Origin: Raillietiella orientalis
Taxonomy: Eukaryota
Reading direction: 5' to 3'
NCBI GenBank assembly: GCA_036172245.1
Contig: JAYWIR010000001.1
Span: 7,440,001-7,504,000 of the forward strand
Length of the DNA: 64,000 bases
The notes beneath the pieces were generated by a model. It was given only the letters and a program-made list of their open reading frames with translations, had not been told where the DNA came from and made no database searches. The position numbers were made by a program, and so were the translations under genes. The stretch's first letter is position 1; each line of letters starts with the position of its first letter. Shown one piece after another: positions 12,061-23,864 of this stretch.

Positions 12061-14100
12061 GGTGGAAGGAACGTTGGGTTGACGTGAAGCCCGATCCAGA
12101 CCGCATAAGAGCACCAGACCTCCCCTTCTCGGCCACGGCTCAGGTCTAGCAGGGAGCGCGCTCCGCCTCAGACGGAAGGGGACCTGCCCGTTCCCCGGAT
12201 GACCGGAGAAGCGCGGCAGCAGCGGCCTCTCGGGTCCGAGAGGGGACCCGAGAGGCATCCATGCCGCAAGACGCTGCAGCAGCGGCGGTGAGACCGGGTG
12301 GGAGCCACTTCCGGAGCGACAGATGAGTTCTGGATCCGGAGAGGCGATACATCCTCCTCCTCCTCCCTCCCCTCCCAATGACCAGGGGGAGGAGCTGTCG
12401 CCTCCGCCGCGCTGAGCAGCTGCTGCCCCTCATGTTCCCGGGCGGTCTCTGACGCGAGAGGAAATCCGTAGTGAGCCCGGTGGGAGCGCGGCGGACGAGT
12501 AGTCAAGGAGACGGAGGGATGATATACGGCTCCACCGAAGGAGCAGATGAATGGAGTGGAAGTTCTCCCATCCAGACGCGCGCGGTGATTGACGATCGAT
12601 AATGCGGTCCTCCTGGTCGCCTGAACCGGCGCGCCTCCCTCCCTCCTCCTCCATTGGAGCCGGCGGCGGGCGCATCCCGAAAGGACGCAACGCCAGCCCC
12701 GACCCCTCCCTCGCCTTCCCCTTTCCTCCCCAAGAATACTTCCAGCTCACAAAAGCCAGAGACGGAAGATCAATCGGCGGGGCACGCGATCGAGCCGCGG
12801 CGGGAGAGAAGCAGCAGGGAGGGGGAGGGCCGGCCCGGCTGCCCCCGAAAACCGGCCCATTGTCGAGCGAGCACCGCCTTCGGGAAGGAGGATTCGTGGC
12901 ATTCATCCTTTCCTCTCCTTCTCCCTCTTCCCCCCCTCTCCCTCCCCTCCTCGCTTCCTAAATGAATTCCTTGCCTTTTCAGCTGACGAAGAAATCACAA
13001 TGGCCGCCGTGGAAGACGGGAGCGATGCAGAGAGGCTCCTCCCTAAGGAAGACGGGGAACGGACAGATACCTTCTATTTAGCGAGGCGTTGACCGGCGTG
13101 GCGGCGGCGAACGGGACTTGGCCGGGACGCAGGAGGACCTCTCCCCCCCCCCCCTCTCATCTGCACAGCATGCGCAGCACGAAAGAAGGCATCGACTCCG
13201 CGGCGCTCTCTCCTGGATCCCCATTTCCCTTCCCCGATCCCCCTTGCGCATTCTCTCGAAGAATGAAACGAAAAGACGGGTGCGGGCGGAACTCCGCAAC
13301 GGCGGCGCGAGCTCCTTTCCTCTCCTGGGAGAGGAAAGGAGCATCTCCCGGTCCGGAGGGCATCCTGGATTGGACAGCGTTTGTGACGTGGTCTGCGGTA
13401 CCGGCTTCCTCCTCCCGCCCGCCTCCCCGTCCGGCGGGAAGAGGTGGACCGGTTTCCTGTCCACTCCTCCATCGGAAAGAGCACGTGGTCCCTCCAGCGC
13501 CCTAGCGATCCCTGCGCTGACGTCACGCGACCCGCACCGGGAGCGTCTCGGTGGGGCCTCAGTGGGGATCGGGGAGGCAGGTTGCGCGGTAGACTCCGGG
13601 TGAGCGAGCTGCCCCTCCGTGGTTGCCCTGGTGATCTCGGAAGCCGGGAGCTGCGGTGCGAGGACAACTAGGGGGAAAAGAAGGGAGAAAGGGGGAGGGG
13701 GAGAGGTGAGACCTCCCTGAAAAGCTGTAGAGTGTCTAACCCCTCCTCCTTCATCTTTTCCCAGATGAAAGGAACCTTCGGGTCAGGTGGCGCGGAAGGG
13801 CAGGAAGGACTTCCCAGAGCTTTTTTAGGGGCAGCAGCAGCACCCTGTTGGCGGCGACCACCCTTCAATGCGAGATCCTTCGATTGGAGGGTGGTTCTCC
13901 TGTCCGTTTCCTTCTGTCCCGTCGTCCCCGTGCCGAGAGAGAGGGATCTCCTGTCCCGAAGGCCGCGCAGCAGCAGCAGCAGAGGGGCGGGCTCGAATGC
14001 ATCCTGCCTCTAGAGAGGACCCGGACACCCGCTCGAGGTGGGACTTCCGCAGGAGGAAGGGGCGGGCGGGAGGATCCCCCTCTGAACCGGACTCTCTCCC

Positions 14101-14160
14101 GCCTCGAGCGACGCGCGCGTGCTCGGGGTTGTCCCGGGAGACGGGGATCGATTCCCGACA
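14101..14160 (+). pseudogene. Possible degenerate tRNA-Asp-like remnant
   Basis: tgtcccgggagacggggatcgattcccgac (14130-14159) resembles the anticodon-to-T-arm part of eukaryotic tRNA-Asp(GTC). The 5' half is not conserved. Confidence 0.25.
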
Positions 14161-17097
14161 CTTGTCGCACAGATCCCTGATTACGCGACGATCGGCACTC
14201 GAGTCTCGCTCGTTAGGAGCAGGGGATTAGCTGGGAGGGGGAATCTCTACTCGCTCGGCACGGAGTCACCCCTGGAGACGTTAGTGGTGAGAGCGCGAAG
14301 GCTGGGTCGAGTCCCCAATGCCCTCCGGCCTGCCGCGAGCCGTCGCAGGCCAGCGAGGTGATCACATCGCCCCGTCGTCACGAGGTCGAGAGGGAGAAGG
14401 GATGGAGAGGGGGAGGGGAGAGGGAAGGAAGAAGGGAAAGAAGAAAAAAGACTGATCTGCGCACTTCCCGCCGGGTGGGCAGGGAGGGAGGAGGGGACGG
14501 GGGGTCGAAGAGTGGACGCGCTCTCAAGCCCCTCCGGTCATGCGCGACCACGACCTTGGAGCCGACACATTGCCTCGGTGCAGAGTGCCGCCGGGCGTCG
14601 GGAGGGGGCGGCAGCGCGTGGCTCGAGCCGCAGGAGGAGGGAGGCAGGGAGAGAAGGAGCGAAGGAGGAGGGAAGAACAGTGGGGGACGATCCAGAAAGT
14701 TCCGGGACGCGGTTCCATCAATAAGTAACCGACGATCGGGATGGATAAAGCTGACTTGGCGTTCCTCAAATCTCCGTCAAGCCCTCCAGCATCCGCCTTC
14801 CGGATTCATAAGTATTTTCCATAAGAAGGAAGGAGGAAGGGAAGGACTCGTGCGCCTTCCTCAGGAGCCGGCGGGGCGCTGGAGTGCCGCCCGCCCTCCC
14901 TCTTCGTAGCCGCGGGCGTGTGGGCGGCGCCGGCGCTGGCCAATCCAGAAGGGAGCCTTCCAGAAAGCTACCCCCTCCCTGGCATCGGGGTGGGACTAGC
15001 CCCAAAGCTGCTCCTGCCCGTCGCTGGCGCGCCCACACGCCTCGGAGGACGGTCCACTCCCCCCCCCCCGTCCGTCCGTCCACGCCGCGTCCAGCTCTTC
15101 CGCGCCAGCCGGTCGCTCGTCTCGAAACCATCCTGGCCGCGAAGTTCGGAAAGAAGTCGCCTGGCCTTCCGACTTCCCAGACCTGCGGCTCCGGACGTTG
15201 ACTTCTTCCCTCCCAAGGACGCCGCAGTCGCCTGCCAAGAAAGATCTCGTCTCGGAGAAGGCGGAGTCGGGTCGCTCTTTGCAAGAATCCCTTCCATCCC
15301 GTTATCTCGCGATCATAGGGAAGCGGACTTTGGCTCGAGGACTGCTTCCCCCGGAGAGGAGCCATCATTCCATCTCTATTGGCGGCGTTTAATACCCTGG
15401 GACTGGAGCCGTCTCAACCGTCTTATTCATAATGCAAGAACTGGATCCGCGTTCCCATTTGATTTCATAGCTGCAGGTTACTGCCGGAACCAGAAGATGG
15501 GGGGAGGGGGGGGGGGAGAGAGAAAGAGAGAAGAAGAAGAAGAGAGAAGTGCGGAGCCGCCGTCGCCGGAACGCTGCCGCTGCTGCCGCCCGCGCCGAGC
15601 ATTCCTTCGAGGGAACCCAGGCCGATTCCCGCCTTGTTTACGGTCGCGGCGCGGGCTGGCTCGACCGCTGCCGGGACGCCCCTCCCACCAAAGTCTGCTA
15701 CTTTGTCGAAGAGAGCCATTAACAAGCTTTTATCATTCGTGGCGCTTGTAGCCAGGGGATGGTGGCGGCGATCAATCAGAAAAATATTCGTCTGCGGAGG
15801 AGAGAGGAAGAGGGGGGGTTAAGACGACGGGCGAAAAAAAAAAGAAAAGAAAAGGCGAAGCGCTCGTTGCGCCCCTAGAGATGTGCAGTCTCTTCGGGTG
15901 AGCACGCCGCCGCAGACCGTAAACGGCTGCGGCGGCTGGAGAGATTTCTTCCCCGAGTCCGTAGCGGCTCCGCGCGCCCTTAGCAACCGCGTAATTTCAT
16001 TCCTTTTCATCGGTAAAAAGGAGGGGGCGGGAGGGGGGAAGGAAGGGGAGAACAACGGCGACAACACGGGAAAACAAAAATAAAAGAGTGGAATGCAGAA
16101 GCATCCGCTTTTTCATCTTCCTCATCTCGGGGAAGTGTGGCGCGCAGTCATATTTCAGGAGCCCGGCATTTCCTCGTCCGCGCGTCCCGGGCGCTGAGCT
16201 CGCGTTCCCAGCGACGGTAAGGCGACGCTATTTATGAATATCGTAAAAATCGATATTTCGTTTATTTGGCAGGCCTGCATCTCGGTGGGAGAAAAAAAGG
16301 ACAAACCTGTTCCGAGCCCGGAGATTCGCTCCTACCTTTTTTGCGCGCTTTCCGCTTTTTTTTCCTTTCCTTCGCCCCCTCCCCCCCTCCTTTCCGCATC
16401 TCCCATTTTTACGAACGTCCATCTTCGCGCGGGCGGGAGAGAGCTCAGGCGCGTGCGAGTGCATCGGTGGAATCCTCAGGTGGGTTGCGCGCGCGCGCGC
16501 GAGAGGGGGGGGGGGATTTTCCCGTCCGATCGCGCTTCCCGACGACACCCCCTTCCGCAAAAGCGCTGCAGCGAAAGAGCAGCAGCGGCAGCAGGAACTT
16601 CCGGATTCCCGGCGGCCACGGAGGCAAGGAGGAGTGCGCTGGAACGGGAGAGGAGGAAAAATGCGAGTATTCGCGGGCAAAGAATAGGCCGGGAGGACAA
16701 ATGAAACTAATCAGGGAATCCGCTCAACCGAAATTCAAACGGGAGAGAGAAGTAAGAAGAATGGGGGGGGGGGGGGGGGAGGAAGGAAGGAAGGAAGAAG
16801 AAGGGGAAAAAAAGGCAAAGTTGGGATGGAAATTCCCCATCAATTCGAAGCGTGCCATTCCCAGAGAGCTTTCTCAGGAATTTTCCACCGTGAACAAAGG
16901 AGGCGCACTGGAAACGCTGCCGGGAGACGCCTCCTCCGAGGTAAGCGCGGGCCGGGAATGCTGCGGTGGGAGGGAGACGACGACTGCCGCGAACGCGCGC
17001 GTTCCCTCCGGAAGGACGCGACGACGAGGAACGGGGAAGCCGCGCCGCGCGCGAGGGAGAGACATCCTCGGAGGACCGCGAGGTGCTGCTTCCGCCC

Positions 17098-17232
17098 GGC
17101 TGCGGAGGCGACCCGCTCGGCTGCCCCCCCCCCCCCCCCCCCCAGCAAGCAGCGGCCGCCAAGGCCAGGAGGTCCGGCGCGCGCGCGCTCGTAGGGAAAA
17201 CGCACAGGAGCCGCCCCGGAGGGAGGTTCACG
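17098..17232 (+). repeat. Inverted repeat, left arm (partner 18241-18370)
   Basis: ggctgcggaggc...cagcggccgccaaggc.aggaggtccggcgcgc...agggaaaacgcac.ggagccg..ccggagggag matches the reverse complement of 18241-18370. Weaker extension 16922-16966 vs 18386-18426. Confidence 0.9.
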
Positions 17233-17655
17233 CAGTCTCTAGCAAAATTGCCCGGGAAGCCGATGGAGCGCGCGAGGTCCTGGATGGAGCAAGGTGGAGG
17301 AAGCGGGAGGGATTTCATCCCGGCGAAGACCGCTCTCGATGCCGTAAAACGAAGTATTTTATGTTTCGATCATCGTCGTCTTATCTGACGCGGACGTGTC
17401 GGTCCAGACGAGGTGGAGGGAAGGGGGAGGAACAGACACACACAGACACAGAGAAAGAGCACAAAGCGCAGGTCGGGCGCGCGCGCGAACGTCTTCATTT
17501 CGGAATCGACGCACGCGACCGTTCGATGGTGGGATTCGAACTCTGCGCGCGCGAGCGTGCGCGCATGTGACCACGGCGCACCCGCGGAACGTGCCACGTG
17601 TTCACGCGGCGTCCGATGCACGCAGAAGCGGCGGGACCTCGGCGAGCCGGCGCGA

Positions 17656-18200
17656 GATTTCCCACCGGATCACGCAGGGGCGTAAACATATACATTACAT
17701 AAAATAAACCAGTTGGGAACAAAGTTTCCAACCGACCACTGGACAAGAATGAGGGAGAATTCCCCTGGCACGCAGGCCGGAATTACAATACGCAACGGTG
17801 TTAGGGATCGGGAAGAACAAACAAAAAAAACAAATGAAAAACGTGACGTGGGGTGGGACGGGACAAGGGGTCTTTGGGATCGCTCCGGAAGGCACCGGGT
17901 TACAAAAACTGGCACCTAGAATTCAACGGAGCGGACGGGGATGGGACATGGGTGGGCGAGAGGTCACAGGGGTCACCGGAGTACACCGTTCTTAAACGTC
18001 TGTGTACCGGCGATGGATGCCGGCGATATCCTCCTTCACATCGTCACGAAGGTGAGACCACCTTGCGGCCTTCTCCATGGATTCAGCCGCAAGCAGGTGG
18101 GCCTCCCTTCGCTGCGCTGACAACTCCAGGGCGAGGAGGGCTTTGACGATGGCGCGAATGCAACATATGGCTGCGACCATCACGCCGACCGAAAGTCCGG
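17656..18200 (-). mobile_element. L1/Tx1-like 5'-truncated copy F (ORF2 tail plus 3' UTR)
   Basis: VAAICCIRAIV...MEKAARWSHL aligns with copy E VAALCCIRGIV and copy C MKMAARWSHL. It has the U-rich tract, the CTGCGT-loop hairpin and the terminal motif ACGCCCCTGCGTGATCCGGTGGGAAATC. Confidence 0.75.
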
Positions 18201-18240
18201 CGTGAGATGGAGCAGGTCGCGTAAGGGAGCACCCGCTCCC

Positions 18241-18370
18241 CGTAAAATCTCCCTCCGGAACGGCTCCCGTGCGTTTTCCCTCCGCGCGAGCGCGCCGGAC
18301 CTCCTCGCCTTGGCGGCCGCTGTCTGCTGGGGGGGAGAGGGGGGCAGCCAAGCAGGTAGCCTCCGCAGCC
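18241..18370 (-). repeat. Inverted repeat, right arm (partner 17098-17232)
   Basis: Reverse-complement alignment to 17098-17232. Confidence 0.9.
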
Positions 18371-18441
18371 TCCGGCCCATCGTCCCCGCCGCTTTCCCGG
18401 CCTGCTCTCACCGCAGAGCACGTCCCCTGCCTTCGTCTTTC

Positions 18442-20420
18442 GATTCCCGCCCGGGTGCGCCGAGGCGTTTATTCTTTCGAATAAAATATTTGGAGAATCT
18501 GTGGCTGGACCAGTGGTCCAGTCACGCGCTAGATGTACAAAGCCTGCCGGGTCACCGGTTTGCAGACCGGTACGGTTCACGTCGGCAGCAGAGGGGAGTG
18601 GGGTATAAACGAAAAGAAAAACAAAAGGGACAAATAAAAAGAACTGGGGAGGGAGCGGGAAGGGATCACAGTCTGTTGGGGGGACCGTCACATCCTCTTG
18701 AGGATGTCGGAAAGCTCTTCCTGAGCGTTGACTTCCAGGTAGAGCCATAGCGTCTCCCTCCGGATGAATCGGACGGCGAAATGGATGGCATCCCTGTCGC
18801 TGGATCCTCCCGTTGCTTTACTCCAGGCTGCGACGATCCCGTGTAGGCAGCACAAGGCTGCAAGGGAGGCCGCTGGCCGAAGCGCGTCGCGAACGAAGAG
18901 GGGTTTTATAACGTCCCTGGAGTTGCCTCCGAGGGGTTCCCAGGGTCGCGGCAAAGCGTTCCCAGAGGGACCGGACGGCGACACAGTCCACTAACAGATG
19001 GAGGAGAGATTCACGTTCCCCGCACCTGACACAGTTGGGGTCGACACCTCCCCGCGTCCAGTGGTGACGGCGAGCGTTGCATGGGAGTCCCCAATGCAAC
19101 ACCAGCAGCGCTGACTGCTGCCATTTCATAGGGAGGATGCGCGTGTCCATCAGCACCGGGGACCACTTCAGGTGTTCCACTGGGACATTCAGCAGCTCGC
19201 CTCAGAGCAAGAGTCCATGTGGGGTTGGTTGTACTCGGTTTCGCAGCGTTGGTCAGCTGACCCGTTTTCCATCCCCCGATCCTCTTCTCCTTCTCGGAGA
19301 TTTTCACCAAAACCTCCCATTTTGCCGCGATGTCGCTGCCCAGATGTTTCCTGAGGGAAGGCAATGCCGCAGCAAGGGAAGTTCTTCCTGCCCACGCGCT
19401 TTTTCGGGGATCCTCCAGGATCTCTTGGAGCGTGCAGTTGTTGTGCCGCCTGAACAGGAATCTTCGCACCTGTTCCGCGCGTTGCTCGTGGATCCTCGGC
19501 CACAGGCGAACGGTTCCCTGAAGCCGGGCACCACCGTTCGCGGGGCAGATCGACATCCATCCCGGATTGGTCTTCGTGGCCACCCTCCGAAGCTGCAATC
19601 TGCAGTGGCAGATGGGGCTTCGGAGTGCATGGTAGGATGCAAGTTCCGCGTTGCCGGTGGTCTGCTCGACGAGGAGGCGTGCAGGGCCGCACCAGGTGGT
19701 GCTCGAACTCTTCGCCATGAAGGCAATTATCCGGAACTGGAGCTGACGCTCCAGATGCTCCAGCGTCAGGAGGCAGAGACCGCCGTCCCGACGCGGAGCG
19801 CATAAGTCTGCAAGCTGGACTCGGGGCCTCTGTCCCAAAGGCCGATTCTCAGGAGGTCCTTCGTCAGCTTTTTCGTCTCTGTGGGGGGAAAAACAACAAG
19901 CAAGGGACGAAGGGAGGGAGCTACAAACGTGTTCCACACCGCGGCACGTTCCGGCAGGAAAAACCTGCCACCCCTGAACGGGACGATCGCCATCTCAGCC
20001 TTCTGGAGGCAGCGGGACCACGCTTCCCCCGGTGAGTAGTCCCTCGTCTTTCGAGGACCCGCTAGCATCCGATTCGGAAGTCGCCTTCCCCGGTCTTGGT
20101 GCAGCGAAACCGGACAGCGTGACTTTCGTCCTTCACCACGTTCGCTGCACGGTGCTTTTCAAAGGGGAGCGACGCTGCCGGTGTCCTCTTCAAGGGAAGC
20201 GCCGTGTCATCATGAGGAGGTCTCTGAGTCCACGTCCAGGAATGCGCGCGTCCGGTAGGCTCCTTCACCTTCGCCCTCCAAGCGCCGGTAGCAGCCGTCT
20301 AACGTGCGTCCAGGCGCGCACGTTAGACGCACAGCGATCGCAAAAGAAATGAAAAGCCCTCAGCTTCGAGAGGGATCGACCACTTCTCTCCCGATCCATC
20401 CAAGAATGACATGCGGCCGT
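18442..20420 (-). mobile_element. L1/Tx1-like copy B: RT C-terminal motifs, thumb, zinc-binding domain and 3' UTR (frameshifted)
   Basis: HDDTALPL (YADD-like, about 20200), FEKHRAANVVKDES, WSRCLQK..GGRFFLPERAAVWNTFV, LCAPRRDGGL and LHWGLPCNARRHHW..CVRCGERESLLHLLVDC..SLW. AATAAA at 18468-18473 (minus strand). Confidence 0.9.
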
Positions 20421-20599
20421 CCTCTCCATCTGGAACAGTTCTTTGCTCCCTCTCAAAGAGACGCCTCAGGGAGCAGTTGGGGCGCAGCAAAGGGGAAAAA
20501 AAGGGGGGGAGGGACGACCGTGGAGTGGAAGAAACGCGTCCCTTTTTCTTCTTTTTCCATCTCATTTCTTTCCAGCATCTTCCTCCATCAGTTCGAGGC

Positions 20600-20800
20600 A
20601 GAGTCGTCCTCAGCAGCCAGGTAGCTCCTGACCTCGTGGGTGACCTCTTCCCGGTCGACTAACAGGGTGGTCCGGTTCCTCTCGGCGACGGCGTGCTCCT
20701 CTGAACAGAAGCAGGCGTATCCACTCTAGCGTATCCAATGTGGTTCAGTAGCAGCCACGCGAATCCCGTCGGGAGCACTTGCGACTCTCCGCGCACCTCC
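20600..20800 (-). mobile_element. Possible AP-endonuclease N-terminal relic of a LINE ORF2
   Basis: Minus-strand translation GIRVAATEPHWIR*SGYACFCSEEHAVAERNRTTLLV resembles the APE pattern DIxxLxETHW..GY...S....GVxLLV. It may be the 5' part of copy B. Confidence 0.35.
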
Positions 20801-21962
20801 TTGACTTCTGCAGCTCTTTCTCCCAGCTTTCCTCAGGAGCCGGAGGGCTGAAGCCGTTGCAGAGGGAGCGCGGAGGGCGGTCCTTCCGCATCTCGTCGGC
20901 CGGTGTCGAGAATACAGGGAGATCGGCTCAAAGTCGCGTCCGCTTGGGTTCTCCTGCTACCGGCCGGTGGTCGAAGGCAGGAGAAGTGGTCGCCCCTCTT
21001 CGGGACCTCTTCTCCCAATTCACCCCCTCCAGCCACACGGCACAGCTCTCGGCGCTCTGCCTGAGAAGCGGCCACCCGTGGTCGGGGAGACGCGGAAGGG
21101 TCCTCTAGCAGGGCAGCTCCGCGTCCTGGGTATCCACTTCTGCACGAACACGAGTGCACATGCATCCACACATTCGTGTAGGAAGACGAATTTGCTTAAA
21201 CTGGGAGAGAACGCGAAATTGAATGCGGACACGTAGTGTACATCCATCTCATGCGAGTATACATCCAAGCACATGTGTGCGTACGGATGCACTGATACAC
21301 TCCGTGCAGTATGTGTGCATCTTCTGCGAGGAGCTGCTGCAGCCGCGGACGCGTTTCCTCCTTGCCGCGCTGCTCTCCGGCGTGCGCGACGTTGGTGTGG
21401 GCAGCAGGTGATGCAGTGGCTTCGGGAAGTTCTCCCTCCGAAATGCTCGGCGCCGGACGCGTTCCCTTTCCGAGGGCAGTCTCGGAACGTAGGGAGTCCC
21501 GATGGAAGGAGAGGGTCCTGGCCTGAGCTTTGTCCAAGGACAGGAGAGAGAGGAGCCGCGCGCGCGCTGGCAAAGATATTCGCCTTTCCCCTACCCCCTC
21601 CCCTTCCCTTCATCGCTTTTCCGGACTCCCTGTCTGTCGGGGTGAGTTGCGGGAAGAGATCGCGTTGGGCGACTGCGAATCTGGGAGACGGACCACGTAG
21701 CGGAAGCGGAAGGGATGCTCCGCGTTCACCACCCCCGCCTCTTTCTTATCTGCCCAGAGTCGCCTGGATCCTCCAGGGAGGGCGGCGTACGGCAGGGCTC
21801 CGGGGACCCGTGCGAAGCAAACGAGAGAGCCCCACGGGCTCCGTCACTTCTGGCACACGGGCGCACGGTACGCGCTGCGCTCATACTTGCGCCTCGTGTA
21901 CACAATGGCACCAATGCACTGGAAACACGCAAGTGCACGCGAATGTGCAGATGCAGCTTGAT

Positions 21963-22280
21963 GAGGAAGGCATCCCCTGATGGACTCCTCTCCCCTTCCC
22001 CCCCACACAGCCTCACTCTTCCTCGGATCGCCGGCCTTTCTTTTCCAAACTGGCGGGAATCCCTCCACCTGCACCCTCTTCCCCAGAGTTGCCTGAGGTC
22101 CTAGAAGGGGACGTCAAGCACGGCGGTGGCGAGCAGAGAGCTGCAGCAGCCACCAGGAACGAATAGGGTTGTGTCGCCTCGTTCCATATCTTCGTCCCCT
22201 TGGGAACCGCTGCGCGCGAGCATCCTCCTCGGAGATTCTACGGGCGAACGCTTCGGTCGGACGGTGGACACCAGGATGAG
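21963..22280 (+). repeat. Direct repeat copy 1 (about 315 bp; partner 23865-24178)
   Basis: Long identical blocks, e.g. gaggaaggcatcccctgatggactcctctcccc and ccccagagttgcctgaggtcctagaaggggacgtcaagcacggcggtggcgagcagagagctgcagcagccaccaggaacgaat. Confidence 0.95.
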
Positions 22281-23864
22281 AGTGGAAAGGGTCGAAGAGG
22301 CTTGCCCCGATGCGAGCACGCGGATGTGCACACGTGTGCACGGGTGCGCGGTAAGAAATGCGTGTTGCGTGCGGGTGCCAGTTTCGTTTCTCCATCCATA
22401 ACCGGCGCGCGCGCGCGTTCCTCCCCCTCCCTCATCGGCGGGATCGCACCTCCCTCATCCGCATCCCTCCACCTGCACCCTCAGCTAGAGAGAGAGAGAC
22501 AAAAACGACTGCGCTGGCTGGTTCGTCCTGCGCCCCCACGTACTTCCCCCCCCCCCCTACCTCCCCCATCCTCCCGAGGTATGATTTATCTGCCGGGAGC
22601 CAGGCAGCCAGTCAGTCGGCACGGGCATGAGGGACTTTCCGCCTCGGGGACTGACTCAGGAGGGAATCAGGGATGGATGCCTCGCATCGGGAGACGCGGA
22701 AAAGTTAAAATGGAAAAGTTTTCCCGGATCGGAGCGCTTCCCGGCTTCCCGACAATGGGACTAATTTACCTCATTCCGGAGCTCCCAATAAAACGCAGCC
22801 TGCTAGTTTTTTCATTTGCATATTCAGAAAGGCTTAATGACGTGCAAGGGAGAACCCGGGATAGCCCGGCCCCTCCTGCTCGGGCAGGTACGTGAGTGCA
22901 TGTGCAGCGCTACGGTTCGCTATTAAAGAGATAGCAGCAGCCCGACGGAATAATGAAGCCTGCGGAGGAGAGCAATCAGCGGGACCCGAACGGCTCTTCA
23001 CGTGAGGGCGGGAACTCCTGCTCTCTTTTATCTCCCTGAAAAATTCGATTTCCGCGATGGCTCCATTAGGGACGCCTTCCTTCCTTCCTTCCGCTGCCGC
23101 CGCCACCGGAGGCAACTGACCTTCCTCCGACGCGCACTCCTGTCGTCCAGATACCCGCAGGAGCAGCGGAAGCAAGGTCTCCACTCACCCCACCCCGCGC
23201 GAGCGCGGAAGAACACACGCACACTCCTCCGCCTCCCCTTTTTCGTCCCGCAAGCAGCGGACGGCGTCGTGAGAGAAAGGGAACCGGGCAACGCCCCGTC
23301 CGGCACTCGGCCGCCGGCGATCATGGCAACGCTCTCTTCCCTTCTGACCATTGCTATGAGAGCATGCCCTCTGCGACCCGCGGAAGCATCGGAAAGGATG
23401 CGCAGCGCCCGAGGTCTCCTTCCCAGAGGAAGCAGCAAGGGAGGAACCGCTTCTCCTCCTCCCGGAAGGTAGCATGACTCCCGGGTTCCGGCTTCGACGT
23501 CGAGGCTAGAGAACCGGAAGCAGCTCGTGAGGGTGGTGAGTTAGTTTCCACTGCGGTCCGTTTCCTACCCCCTGCGTTGCTCAGGGACACCCCTCGATCC
23601 CTTCTTCCTTGTCCCCCATTCCTGCCCACGTAATGTGGAGGAGTCAACCGGAACGCGACGGCTCAGAGCAATCGAGCTTCTCTTCCGCAGTGGCGGCTTT
23701 CGGCTGGACGGGTAGTTCACAGCATCTCCATCCTTCTTGAGAGTGCATCCATCCATCATTCTTGCGCAAACTTCACCTGCAGGACAGCGGGGGGTGGGTG
23801 AGATTCGAGAGTGGCAACTCCGAGAGAAACCACAGCACGCACGCGTGCCTCTCTGCGGTCGAAC

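Noticed and set aside
16266..17570. 434-aa ORF as a real gene
   Set aside because: Arg/Gly/Ala low-complexity translation crossing G17 and C20 homopolymers; no domain.
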